Made by a program: the position numbers and the translations under genes
The notes under the pieces: generated by a model
What the model was told of the DNA's origin: nothing
Database searches by the model: none
The model's input: only the letters and a program-made list of their open reading frames with translations
Part shown: positions 44,399 through 54,300 of the stretch, piece after piece
How positions within the stretch are numbered: the stretch's first letter is position 1
How the letters are laid out: the number at the start of each line of letters is the position of its first letter
IMG/VR virus record: IMGVR_UViG_3300031992_000093
Location: 676-64,675 of that record
Strand: one strand, 5' to 3'
Length of the DNA: 64,000 nt
DNA from: a virus

Positions 44399-44737
44399 CT
44401 AATCTTTATTGGTTACTAAATAGTGAATCCATGCGAATCTCCTGCGCTCTGACAGATAGCCAGTATTATTCTGGTTGGCGTATGCCTCGCGCTCGAATGA
44501 TACATTACGGTATGCCTTATCCCAGTTCCTGTACTGAATCAGTCTGAAAAGGAACTCCAGCCCATACCAGAGAAAGAAGAATATCACCAGCATTTCCTTC
44601 TGCTGTCTGCTGTGAATCTCTTCGTGGATCAGCAAGCGGGGCGTTATCTGGTAGCCCTCCTTGACGAGAAGCCACCAGACAAGCATCATTGCGTCATATC
44701 CCTTTGGCGGGAACCTCTTGCACATAATAATCTTCAT
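44399..44737 (-). CDS. Small membrane-associated HExxH (zincin-like) protein
   Basis: LIHEEIHSRQQKEML...AYRNVSFEREAY. Confidence 0.75.
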   Translation of the reverse strand: MKIIMCKRFPPKGYDAMMLVWWLLVKEGYQITPRLLIHEEIHSRQQKEMLVIFFFLWYGLEFLFRLIQYRNWDKAYRNVSFEREAYANQNNTGYLSERRRFAWIHYLVTNKD

Positions 44738-44738
44738 A

Positions 44739-47700
44739 TTATATCTGGTCAAAGTCACCGATGTTAAACAGCATGAACTGGATATTACCGTCGTTTCTTG
44801 AATCATCGTCACCGCATTGCAAGGTAACTCCAGTAACCACTCCGTTTGTATTCGTATAGGCTTTTACGCCTCCATAGAGAGGGTTACCGCCACCTGCAAT
44901 GTCGCTTGATGCAGTGACCATAGCAAGAAGCTCGCCTTCCTCAATATTCCAATCGGAAGGAATGGAAAGTTCATAAACGCCTTGGCCAGTTCTTGAAGCC
45001 GTGAGCGTTTTCCCGTCGAAAGTCTTATACGATACGGTGACTGCACTATTGTCATAAACAATCGTTCCGAACCCGAGACACTTCAACTCCCTGCCGTAGC
45101 TTCGCGTCGGTGCGAGGTCAATACGTCTTACAACGATGTACCCGAAGAAAGTAGATGCCGTCCCATAGCCTTTGAGAATGACGCATTGGCGTGAAACCTC
45201 GATAGAGGTACGCTTGCGGCCATCCTCATAGAAGAACATTCCACTTGGAGCATCAAACGTTGTCGATCCAGTGACGCTTTCATGGTGACACAACGTAATC
45301 AATCTGCCGCTACATTCAGTATTCCAGTACAAATTGTGGCTGGAAGAATTATATAGCAGGTTGTCATGTGCCTTCGCCGCATAATATTCGTTACCGTCAA
45401 TCCATGTTATTTCGCTGTTCTCAACGACGAATGGGCTTGCCATGATACCGTTCACCTTTACATTCGTCAATTCGCTGTTTTGGATAGTGGCATGGTTCGC
45501 CGTCATATTCGTCATGGTAACGTTTCCGCTATTGTCAACGGTGAACTTTCCATTGATGACGGTTTTTCCTACGAAGTTTAGGTGTTCGGCTCCGATTGTG
45601 AACGAACCTGTGGCGAAGTTTATCTGCGAAGCATTAAGCGTGACGTTGGCTGATGTCAGATCCATAGTCGTGCCTTGCAGATTAAGCGTCTCATAAGTGA
45701 AGTCAATGTACCTTGCCCAGAGTGTGAGGTTACTACTATTGAGGTTCACCGTAGAACTACTGAGGTCAATTGTCTTTCCGCTGAAACTGATATGGTCAGC
45801 ACCGATGGTAAATGACCCAGTAGTAAAGTTGATGCAGTCGGCTTGAATGCTTGCGGTATCAGTAGAAAGCGAAAGCTTAATTTTCCTGACATTGTTTTCT
45901 GTTGATATGGCGAAGTTCAGAACGCCTACCCAATCGTATTGCTGCGTACTGCTATTGTAGGTGTAATAGCCAAATCCGAAATTGTTGCTTGCATAGCCTG
46001 TTGACATCACGATGCCTAAAGCGTTTGACAGACTCTTTCCATCTGTTGCCGTGAAGCTGATGTGAGAGGCTGCAATGGAAAAATTACCAGTCGTGAAGTC
46101 GATGTTACCAGCCCCAATGGTGGTGTCGAAGGTAATGTTGCTTGCCTTGACACCAAACTCACAGCCCGTAAAGTCGATGTGAGAAAGCGCATTGATGGTA
46201 TAGTTACCTGAGTTGAAGTTCACGTCGCCAGCCGTGATATTCAGATCAGAAGCCGTAAAGCCGATGTGCTTGGCCAACACCGTGAAGTTTTCGAGGGCGT
46301 CATCAATATAGGCGTCGATGACATCACCAACCGCATATTGGCTGTTGTCACCGAAGCGGACACTCTCGCCTCTGATGATGACATTGGCGTTTATCTCAAC
46401 GTTATTGGCATTCAGCAGAAGCTTTGTATTACCATTCTCAGTCTTAAATGAGAGTCCGGCCTGCCATGTGTAGGCATTGTTGGCATAGCTGTATGTGCCG
46501 AAGGAGAACTCACCATTGCTGCCGTCAGACCTGATGACAAGTCCGAGGCGGTTCTGGATGGCCTTCTTGTCATTCGCGGCTATGCTTGACAAGTCACCGA
46601 CGAAAGCCTCTATGAGGTCATCTGCCAGCAGGAATCCGGCATCACCAACCGCCGCGCTTATGTCATCAGCGTGGAAGGTGACATGGCTTGAATCGATATT
46701 GAAAGTTCCCGTGGTGAAGTCCACCTGGTCTGCCTCGATGGAAACGCCATTGGATATGACCGTCATCAAGTCGGAGTTTATCACGACATTGCTTGCAGAG
46801 AGATTCAGCTTGCCCGTGAAGTTCCCGCTGCTGTTCTTCTCCAGGGCCAGTGAGATTGTTGCAAGCCTGCTCCAGCTGTCGGTCGTGCTGTCGTAGGCTT
46901 CCACATACAAGCTGCCGGAGGTAGAGTCAAGGTGAAGGCCGCTCTTGGTCTTACTCTTGCGGTTGTTGACCTCTGCCAGGATCTGGTCGCCGAGGTTTTC
47001 AATCTTCGCCGTAGTGCCGCTTGCTGCATCAGCCCAGTCATTGATGCTCCTTGCAGCGTTGGTGGTTCTGGCAGTCTTACAATAGAGAACGTCGCCAGTC
47101 CATTTGTAGGTGCGGCTTGTTACGCCGTTTACCGTTGTCTCGGTGTACCAGATGGCATTTACCCACAGGTCGCCTACATCGTAGGGAGCCGGAGGAAGCT
47201 CGTTGGCCGATGTCGAGAACACACGCTTTTTCTTGTCGGCTGTATCTTGCGCATCGTCTGCGGCCTGCTGTGCTGCATCTGCCCTGTCCTTTGCATCGTC
47301 AGAGAGGGCCGTCAAGAGTGCCGTGCGTGCTGTGTAGAACGCAGACCAGAGACCGCGCCATGTGTCGCCGTCGATGGTTTCCGTGATGTCATTGCCCTGC
47401 GCATCCTTTCTGTTGGCATGAAGCCAGAGAGGAATCTTGTCGAGGGCGTTTGCAGCGGAGTAGACGGGGTCGCTCGTCTCGTGTGTTGTGGGGTCGGTGT
47501 ACCAAGTGCCGTTAGAGCCGTTTAGGTAGGTCGCCACGGCTATGAAAGCTGCAACGTATGGGTCAATATAGGAGGTCTTGATTGTGTCGTTTATATAGTC
47601 GTTTCCCTCCATGCAGCGTGCAATGATTTCCGCACGCTCACGCCATGCTGCCAGGAACTCACGCTTCACCGTCAGTTTCTCAGACGGATCGAGCTTGTCA

Positions 47701-50700
47701 TCATTACCCATGTCGCCAATCTTGCTGAGAGCGTTGGTGGCATCCGTCTGGGCCTGTTCCGTCTTTACACGGGCTGCTACCTCGATAGCTTTCAGCAGAG
47801 TTGCCCGGCTGTCGAAGTAGTTCTTCCATGTATCGCGGTAGTTGGCGGCTGTCAGGCTGTAGTCTGAGAGCTTCACGTCAACGTTCAATGAGGCCAGCCA
47901 TGCAGGTACGGCATTGCCGGACTCCACGCTGTTGATGCTCTCGATGCTGTTGCCGTTGAGCATGAGGGCAAGAGCATGGTATCTGTTGACATACGCATTG
48001 TATGGGGTATAGATGACGGTGCCGCCCTCGCTGGTGTTCTGAGCATCGTCGAGGTCGTAGTCCTGGGCCTGCTCAATGAGCTTGACGTATTCAGCCACGG
48101 TGTCCTGCCACATGATCAGAAGCTCACTCTTCTCGGTTCCTGCGCTGATGATGCCGTCGTCGCCGAAGTTCTCCACCTTCTGCTTGGCTTCGTTGGCGGT
48201 GGCTACGGCATCGTCTGCGGCCTCCAGAGCGGCCAGCGTATCGACATCGGTAATCTCTACCCAGAGGAACTTCTGGAGAGTGGAGTCATACGTCCACTGC
48301 CATGCACGGCCACCTACACGGGTGGTATTGTTGCGACGCAGGTAATAGACATCTTCGAGGTGTAGCTGCTGCTGGTCGGTATTCCCTGCCTCTACATCGG
48401 CATCGTGCCAGTCCTTTGCCGGGTCGTTATAGTGCGTAAGGTCGCTGGAGTTCGGTAACGGGGCATCGTCATCACCGTACCAGATAACCAGCTGCTTGTC
48501 GCTCTGCTGGCTGATAGACAGGAGGGATGCACGGAGCGCGTCGAGCTGCGCCTGCAGGTCATGCCCGGCAATACTGATGAAGTCGCCATTGATTTTGTTC
48601 TTCTTGGGCGATATGTAGGTAATGGCGGTGGCGTAATCGTTGAGCTGCGGTGCGGAATCCCTCCACGTCGTGAATCCGTCGTAAACGGCAAAGAAGCCAC
48701 CATTGGGGCCGCTGCCTCCGAGGACGGTAGCACCCTGGCGCTCTGCCTTGGTGGTGTTGCCGAGCTGTACGACCACATCACCATCCCTCGGCTCAGAGTG
48801 ATTCACGCTGGATGGCAGAAGGATGATATAGCCGAATTCCTCAGAACCGTCATCGATGGCAGACACCTCGCGCCAGAAATAGCGGTTGATGCTGCCGTCC
48901 AGGGCCTCATTGAAAACCATCATCAGAGCGAGGTCGCCAACCTCGAACTGGTTGTAGATGTGCTGGCCGTTGCCGTCCACCCTGCGGAAGTACAGCTTAT
49001 CCAGTCCACCGTCCAGATGCTCAACATGGTCAACGATGATGTTGGCCTTCGTGACCACCAACATGCCGCCTGTGTGCTTGATGTGGTTGACGTCTATCTC
49101 ATTCAGATGGGTAGTGCCAAGGACGGTAAGGGAGCCGATGGTCATACTTGCGTCGCCGTTGTTGTCGATGAAGATGCCATGCCCGTTTGTACCAAGGATA
49201 AGCTCTCTTAGAATCGTCAGCGAGTCCTTAATCACGCTGCCGCTACCCATGAGACGTGACAGCAGGGGGATAGACAGCTCACTAACGCCGCCGCCCCTGG
49301 TACCATTGCCACCGTCGCCTGTGGTGGCGCTGCCTCCTGTGCTACCTATGGTGTCTATCTTGTCTGAGAGACGCCCGATTAGTCCCTTGCTGTTCTGATA
49401 GTTGCCGACGGTATATTGCACCTCTCCAGTAATGAGGTCGTGGCGTACCATGGTGATATTGCCGCCAAGTGACGGGGGCGTGCCATAGGTAAGGTAGGTG
49501 AAGCTGCTCTTGTCACGGGTGTATGCGGCCATAGCAGCCTGTCCGGCCTCCAGAAGCTCAGCCTTTGCAGCCTGCTTATACACTTCGTCCATGGCCACGT
49601 TTACAAGCGTGACCTTGTTGTTCTTCAAGTCCATGTTGCCGCCGTAGGGCCTGATGCCTTCGTCGCTGGTAGATGGCAGGATCAGCCCGCCGTCAACCTT
49701 GAAGATGATGCGGAACTCACCGTGCGAGGGCTGGTAGCCGTCGCCGATGTCATCATCCTCTTTCTCCCTTGCAGGACTGAGAGCATCGAAATAGGTAAGC
49801 TCAAACTCACGACCGACGAGAGGCTGAGGAAGAGCACCGTCTGCATAGTTGGGCTGGAACTCCATCGAGAGGGGCAGTCCTTCAATGATAAGGTTGGTGT
49901 CGAAGGAATAAGGCACCAGCTCCGAGCCGTTCCAGTATGCCAGCTTGAAATACCACTTGGAATACTGCTTGTAATGGGTTATCGTGCCTCCCGTCTCTGG
50001 GTCTGTCTCAGTGGAGTCGATAATTTTCTTGCCGTTCTCGTCGGTAAGCCAGCACCTGCGCTCATGCACATCGTACATCCAAAGCTCCATCTTCGGGTAG
50101 ATGTCATCAAACACCAGGTCTTTCATTATCTTGGGACTGCCGCCGCCGAGGATGCTGTCACCATCGAGCATGAGCCGCTGTGTCACCTGCACGTTCTGGC
50201 CCTTGATGGTCTTCTTCGACATGTTCCTGGTGCCGCCGAGGATGCGGAAGGTGTTGTACTGGATGCCGCCGTCGGTGGCAGATACAAGGGTTCCTACGGT
50301 CTCTGTGATGCCGTTGGCACCTGTACGGGCCTGTCCGTATGAAGGGGTGTCACCGTTCATGTCGAACGATCCGAACTTGATGGTGCGGCTGCTCCATATA
50401 AACTGATAGTCCACACCAAAAGCGTCTGCAATGGCCTGTGCTGCACTCTTGACGGTGGCACCGTCGAAGTTGATGCTTGCCGTCACACTACCCGAAAGGC
50501 CGCTGGTGTCTGCCGTCCATGTGCCGAGGTCGCCGTGGTCGCTCAGACAGGCGGCAAGGGCATTGGCAATAGTCGAGATATTGCCGGTATAGGGATAGGT
50601 GGAGAGCACCACGTCCTCATAGGTGACATTGCCGCTACCGTCAACACCAGTAACAGCCTTGGTGTTGAAGTAGAAAGGCAGGTAGTCCAGCTGTGCCATG

Positions 50701-50918
50701 CGGTGCAGGAACTTTACGCTGTAGTGGTAGCCGTATGCGTTCTGCTGGCTTGGGTGATAGGTGGAGAACAGGATATAGTCGCTGTCGATGGGGCAGTTGG
50801 TACCAACGGGAAGGGAGGAATTGTCGGTGGAGTTCCACTCCATCTGCACATATCCGCCGTCGCTGATGTTCTGCTCCTTGACGATGGACTCAAATACGTT
50901 ATTGATAGGGAATGCCAT
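44739..50918 (-). CDS. Tail tip / baseplate hub-central fibre protein
   Basis: 2059 aa following the distal tail gene. GGTRNM and VFDDIYPK motifs, coiled repeats, PYDVGDLWV, and a long beta-helix-like C-terminal region. Confidence 0.85.
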   Translation of the reverse strand: MAFPINNVFESIVKEQNISDGGYVQMEWNSTDNSSLPVGTNCPIDSDYILFSTYHPSQQNAYGYHYSVKFLHRMAQLDYLPFYFNTKAVTGVDGSGNVTYEDVVLSTYPYTGNISTIANALAACLSDHGDLGTWTADTSGLSGSVTASINFDGATVKSAAQAIADAFGVDYQFIWSSRTIKFGSFDMNGDTPSYGQARTGANGITETVGTLVSATDGGIQYNTFRILGGTRNMSKKTIKGQNVQVTQRLMLDGDSILGGGSPKIMKDLVFDDIYPKMELWMYDVHERRCWLTDENGKKIIDSTETDPETGGTITHYKQYSKWYFKLAYWNGSELVPYSFDTNLIIEGLPLSMEFQPNYADGALPQPLVGREFELTYFDALSPAREKEDDDIGDGYQPSHGEFRIIFKVDGGLILPSTSDEGIRPYGGNMDLKNNKVTLVNVAMDEVYKQAAKAELLEAGQAAMAAYTRDKSSFTYLTYGTPPSLGGNITMVRHDLITGEVQYTVGNYQNSKGLIGRLSDKIDTIGSTGGSATTGDGGNGTRGGGVSELSIPLLSRLMGSGSVIKDSLTILRELILGTNGHGIFIDNNGDASMTIGSLTVLGTTHLNEIDVNHIKHTGGMLVVTKANIIVDHVEHLDGGLDKLYFRRVDGNGQHIYNQFEVGDLALMMVFNEALDGSINRYFWREVSAIDDGSEEFGYIILLPSSVNHSEPRDGDVVVQLGNTTKAERQGATVLGGSGPNGGFFAVYDGFTTWRDSAPQLNDYATAITYISPKKNKINGDFISIAGHDLQAQLDALRASLLSISQQSDKQLVIWYGDDDAPLPNSSDLTHYNDPAKDWHDADVEAGNTDQQQLHLEDVYYLRRNNTTRVGGRAWQWTYDSTLQKFLWVEITDVDTLAALEAADDAVATANEAKQKVENFGDDGIISAGTEKSELLIMWQDTVAEYVKLIEQAQDYDLDDAQNTSEGGTVIYTPYNAYVNRYHALALMLNGNSIESINSVESGNAVPAWLASLNVDVKLSDYSLTAANYRDTWKNYFDSRATLLKAIEVAARVKTEQAQTDATNALSKIGDMGNDDKLDPSEKLTVKREFLAAWRERAEIIARCMEGNDYINDTIKTSYIDPYVAAFIAVATYLNGSNGTWYTDPTTHETSDPVYSAANALDKIPLWLHANRKDAQGNDITETIDGDTWRGLWSAFYTARTALLTALSDDAKDRADAAQQAADDAQDTADKKKRVFSTSANELPPAPYDVGDLWVNAIWYTETTVNGVTSRTYKWTGDVLYCKTARTTNAARSINDWADAASGTTAKIENLGDQILAEVNNRKSKTKSGLHLDSTSGSLYVEAYDSTTDSWSRLATISLALEKNSSGNFTGKLNLSASNVVINSDLMTVISNGVSIEADQVDFTTGTFNIDSSHVTFHADDISAAVGDAGFLLADDLIEAFVGDLSSIAANDKKAIQNRLGLVIRSDGSNGEFSFGTYSYANNAYTWQAGLSFKTENGNTKLLLNANNVEINANVIIRGESVRFGDNSQYAVGDVIDAYIDDALENFTVLAKHIGFTASDLNITAGDVNFNSGNYTINALSHIDFTGCEFGVKASNITFDTTIGAGNIDFTTGNFSIAASHISFTATDGKSLSNALGIVMSTGYASNNFGFGYYTYNSSTQQYDWVGVLNFAISTENNVRKIKLSLSTDTASIQADCINFTTGSFTIGADHISFSGKTIDLSSSTVNLNSSNLTLWARYIDFTYETLNLQGTTMDLTSANVTLNASQINFATGSFTIGAEHLNFVGKTVINGKFTVDNSGNVTMTNMTANHATIQNSELTNVKVNGIMASPFVVENSEITWIDGNEYYAAKAHDNLLYNSSSHNLYWNTECSGRLITLCHHESVTGSTTFDAPSGMFFYEDGRKRTSIEVSRQCVILKGYGTASTFFGYIVVRRIDLAPTRSYGRELKCLGFGTIVYDNSAVTVSYKTFDGKTLTASRTGQGVYELSIPSDWNIEEGELLAMVTASSDIAGGGNPLYGGVKAYTNTNGVVTGVTLQCGDDDSRNDGNIQFMLFNIGDFDQI

Positions 50919-50920
50919 AG

Positions 50921-51352
50921 TTACGTTCTGTTGTTAGGATTGGGTTCTTCGAGCGAAAGGGTGAACTTGGCCATTTCCCGGTTATACTCGGAGAACGGCT
51001 GGCAGTCCACGTAGCGGAAATGGAATACCACGTCATCGAGGGCCGAATGCTTGATGTGAATCCAGCCGGGGTCGAGTATCTCTGTGCAGAACTTCCAATA
51101 GAGCTGGAAGAACGCCGTCCTTGTCGGTGCCGTGATGTGCATGGGTATCGACAAGGTGCGGACGTCCTTGTAGTTCACGCCTCCCTCTATCGACGTGCCG
51201 TGCATGGCCATGTTCTTATTCTGTACTGGCTCCTTGTGCGGGGCAGGGGTCATGATACGGGAAAGTCCCTCATCCTCGAATGAGAGTCCGTATTCGGTAT
51301 AGGCATCGACCCATACATTGCCTTTTCTCAGTTGTACTTCTCCTATTGGCAT
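50921..51352 (-). CDS. Distal tail protein (Dit-like)
   Basis: DAYTEYG...KFTLSLEEPNPNNR. Directly after the tape measure gene. Confidence 0.75.
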   Translation of the reverse strand: MPIGEVQLRKGNVWVDAYTEYGLSFEDEGLSRIMTPAPHKEPVQNKNMAMHGTSIEGGVNYKDVRTLSIPMHITAPTRTAFFQLYWKFCTEILDPGWIHIKHSALDDVVFHFRYVDCQPFSEYNREMAKFTLSLEEPNPNNRT

Positions 51353-51353
51353 A

Positions 51354-54300
51354 TCAAATCAATCCTTGTAAACGTGTAATAATAGTGTCGAGCTTCTCAC
51401 CGAACAGATTCAGAATAGACCTGTTGCTACGCTTGATGTCAAGCAGGTATTCGTTGGTGGTGTTGAGCATTGTCCGTATCTCCTTGACGGTATCTCCGTT
51501 CGGTGACGTGATGCCCGTCATGGCCTGTAGAGTTGCGAGAATCTGGAGGCGCACCTCGTTACCCTGCAGCATGGCCATCTGCTGGGCCACCGCAATGCCA
51601 AGGTACGTCTCGAACTGGTCATAGGTCGCCTTGTCTGCCATGTTCATCGTGGCTGTCTGATCCTTGGCGTTACCTGTTCCCATGAGGTCGTGGATGGCCT
51701 GCGCTTCCTCGGCGTAGCCCTCCTTGGCGGCTGTGATGGCCGCTTGCAGGTTCTTCAGAAGCAAGGCACGCTCTTCCTCGGAGTAGTTGCCTTTCATGAT
51801 GGCCGCATACTGCTCCTGCCACTCTGCCAGGCGCTTGTCGAACTCTTCACCGAGAACGAAGCGGTCAATGAAGGCCTCAGTCAGTATCTTTGCAATGTCA
51901 TCGGCAAAGTCCTGTGCGTCCGACTCCATATCCATCAATGCGGAAACAAAGCTGCTTCTGAGGTCTGCCAGCGGCGAGTTCATCTGCTCCACGATGGCAG
52001 TCCAGCCCGTGAGGTCAAAGATGGCCTGAGTCTGCTCCTGCATTTCCTTGGCCTTGGCTTCCCACTCTGCGGCCAGCCTGTTCATGGCCGCTGCCGCCTG
52101 TTCCTCGTTCATGCTGCCGTTGAAGATGGCATCGTACTGGCTCTGCATACCCTGGAGCCATGAGTCAAAGGCACTATTGAGCACGAACTTCTCCACCAGC
52201 TTCTGCGTCAGAAGCTTCCTGATGTCGTTTACGAAGTCCTGCGTCCCTGACTTCATATCCATGAGGGCAGACAGGAAATCGTCACGCATCGATGTGATGG
52301 TCTCGTCGATTTCTTCCTCCACCTCTTCTGGCACATACTCAATCTCGGCCAGCGTGTCGAGCAACGGCTTCACGGCATCACCGATGACGGAATAAAGCTC
52401 AATGAGCTGCTGCCGTATCTTCTCCATGGCGGCTGTGTCGCCAGCTTCAAGGGCATTGAACCATGCCTCGTTGATGGCTGCAAGCTGATCTGAGAACTGC
52501 TGCTCAATGAGGGCTGATATCATCTGCTCGGTCATTGCACGGGCAATGTCGCGTCCGAACTGCTCAGCATCCTTTTCCATATCCATGAGGGCAGATACGA
52601 AGGTGCCTCTGAGGTCGCCGAAGCCCTCCTTGGCTTCTTCCTCCACTTCCTCGCGGAAGATACCGAGGGCATTCAGAATCTGCTCCACGATGGGCTGCAA
52701 GTCACCGAATGCGGCTTTCAGTTCCTCGATGTACGGTGCCATCTGAGGAAGGACGCTCTGCCATGTTGCGCCCTCTGCGCCCATAGCCTCGTTAAAGGCA
52801 TTCTGCAGGTTGTCGAGCAAAGGCTGGATCATGTTAGCAGCCACCATCTGCTCGATAATCTTACGGGCCATTGTACGGCCTATTTCCTCTGCCAACTGCT
52901 CACCTGTTGACTCCAAGTCCATGAGAGCGGAAATCCAGCTGTCGGTCATGTCGCTGAAAGTGGTGTCCGGCATTTCCTCTTCCACCTCTACGAGCCTGTC
53001 ACGGAGCTTTTCGGCCTGATCCAGCGTCAACTCACGCTTGGCGACAAGTTCCTCAATCATGGCATCCAGAGCGGCCTCTATCTCTTCCTGCGTCTTGTTG
53101 CCGTCATTGAGAATATCCATATATCTCTGATTCCAGTCCTCCAGGTACTTGTCGAAGTCATCATTGAGGATGAACTTCTCAATGAGCGACTGAGTGAGAA
53201 TCTTATTGAGGTTCTTACGGAAGTCCTCAGCGTCACCCTCCATATCCATAAGGGTAGAGAGGAACTGGTCTCGCAAGTCCTTGAACGGTGATTCCGGGGC
53301 TTCCTCCTTCTTGCCTATGCCGAGGGCGTCACGCATCTTCTGAACCAGCTCAGAAGCCTTGCCGAATGCCTCTTCCATTTCAGAAAGAACATCGTCGATA
53401 TTCTGCTGACGCTGTGCGTCCGTCAGGGATTCGTCTGTTATGTAGCTGAGAAGCTTCGCGCCGTAGGTTTCCATCAGTTCGCCAAGGCCCATGCTCTCAA
53501 CGATGGTTTTCTCCACCATTTCCCGTAGCAGGGTCTCGCGGATCTTCTCACCCCATGACTCGGCATCGGCATCCATATCCATGAGCGTGTCAAGCAGAGA
53601 GGAACGAATGTCGCTGAAAGCGTTCTCGGCTTCCTCTGCCAGTTTCTCATATCCTATGCCGTCGGCAAGCTGCTGTGCCTTACCTGCCAGCTCTTCGCGC
53701 TTTCGGACTTGCTCTTCAAGAAGCTGTGTCAGACGCTGCTCGTCGCCAGCCTCCAGAGCCTCCTTATAGGCATTCTTCCAGTTCTCCAGCCATGTATTGA
53801 AGTCGTCGCCAAGGATGAACTCATTCACCAAGTCCTCAAACATCACACGCTGGATTTCGCGTTTCCACGACTCACCGTCTGCCTCCATGTCAGTAAGGGT
53901 GTCGAGCCAGCTGTCACGGAGGCCGCTGAAATACTCCTTCGTGACTTCCTCAACGGCTTCTTCTATGGGCTTGATGATGCCCCATTCCGTAAACTGGTCA
54001 ACCTGCTTTTCCGCATCAGTCATATAGCCCAAATAGGTGCTCTTCAATGCTTCAAGCCTGCTCTTGTATGTCCTTTCGTCAATCTTGCCGCTGTTGTAGT
54101 CGGACTGCAATTTCGCAAGGTCGGCATACCAGCTTTCAAGCTTCTGCTGGAAATCCTTTGCAATGAGATTGTTGATGACCATGCGGTTCACCATCTTCTG
54201 CCAGTTCTCGGCTATGTTGTCAAAGACATCTTCCGAACCGTCGGCCAGCTCATACAGGGAGTTGAGGAAGTCGTCAAAGACATCTTCCTTGGTCGTGGTC

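Noticed and set aside
44739-50918. A third DGR variable region in the tail tip protein or elsewhere
   Set aside because: No further TR-like sequence was seen by eye. A BLASTN of the TR against the genome would be needed to exclude it.
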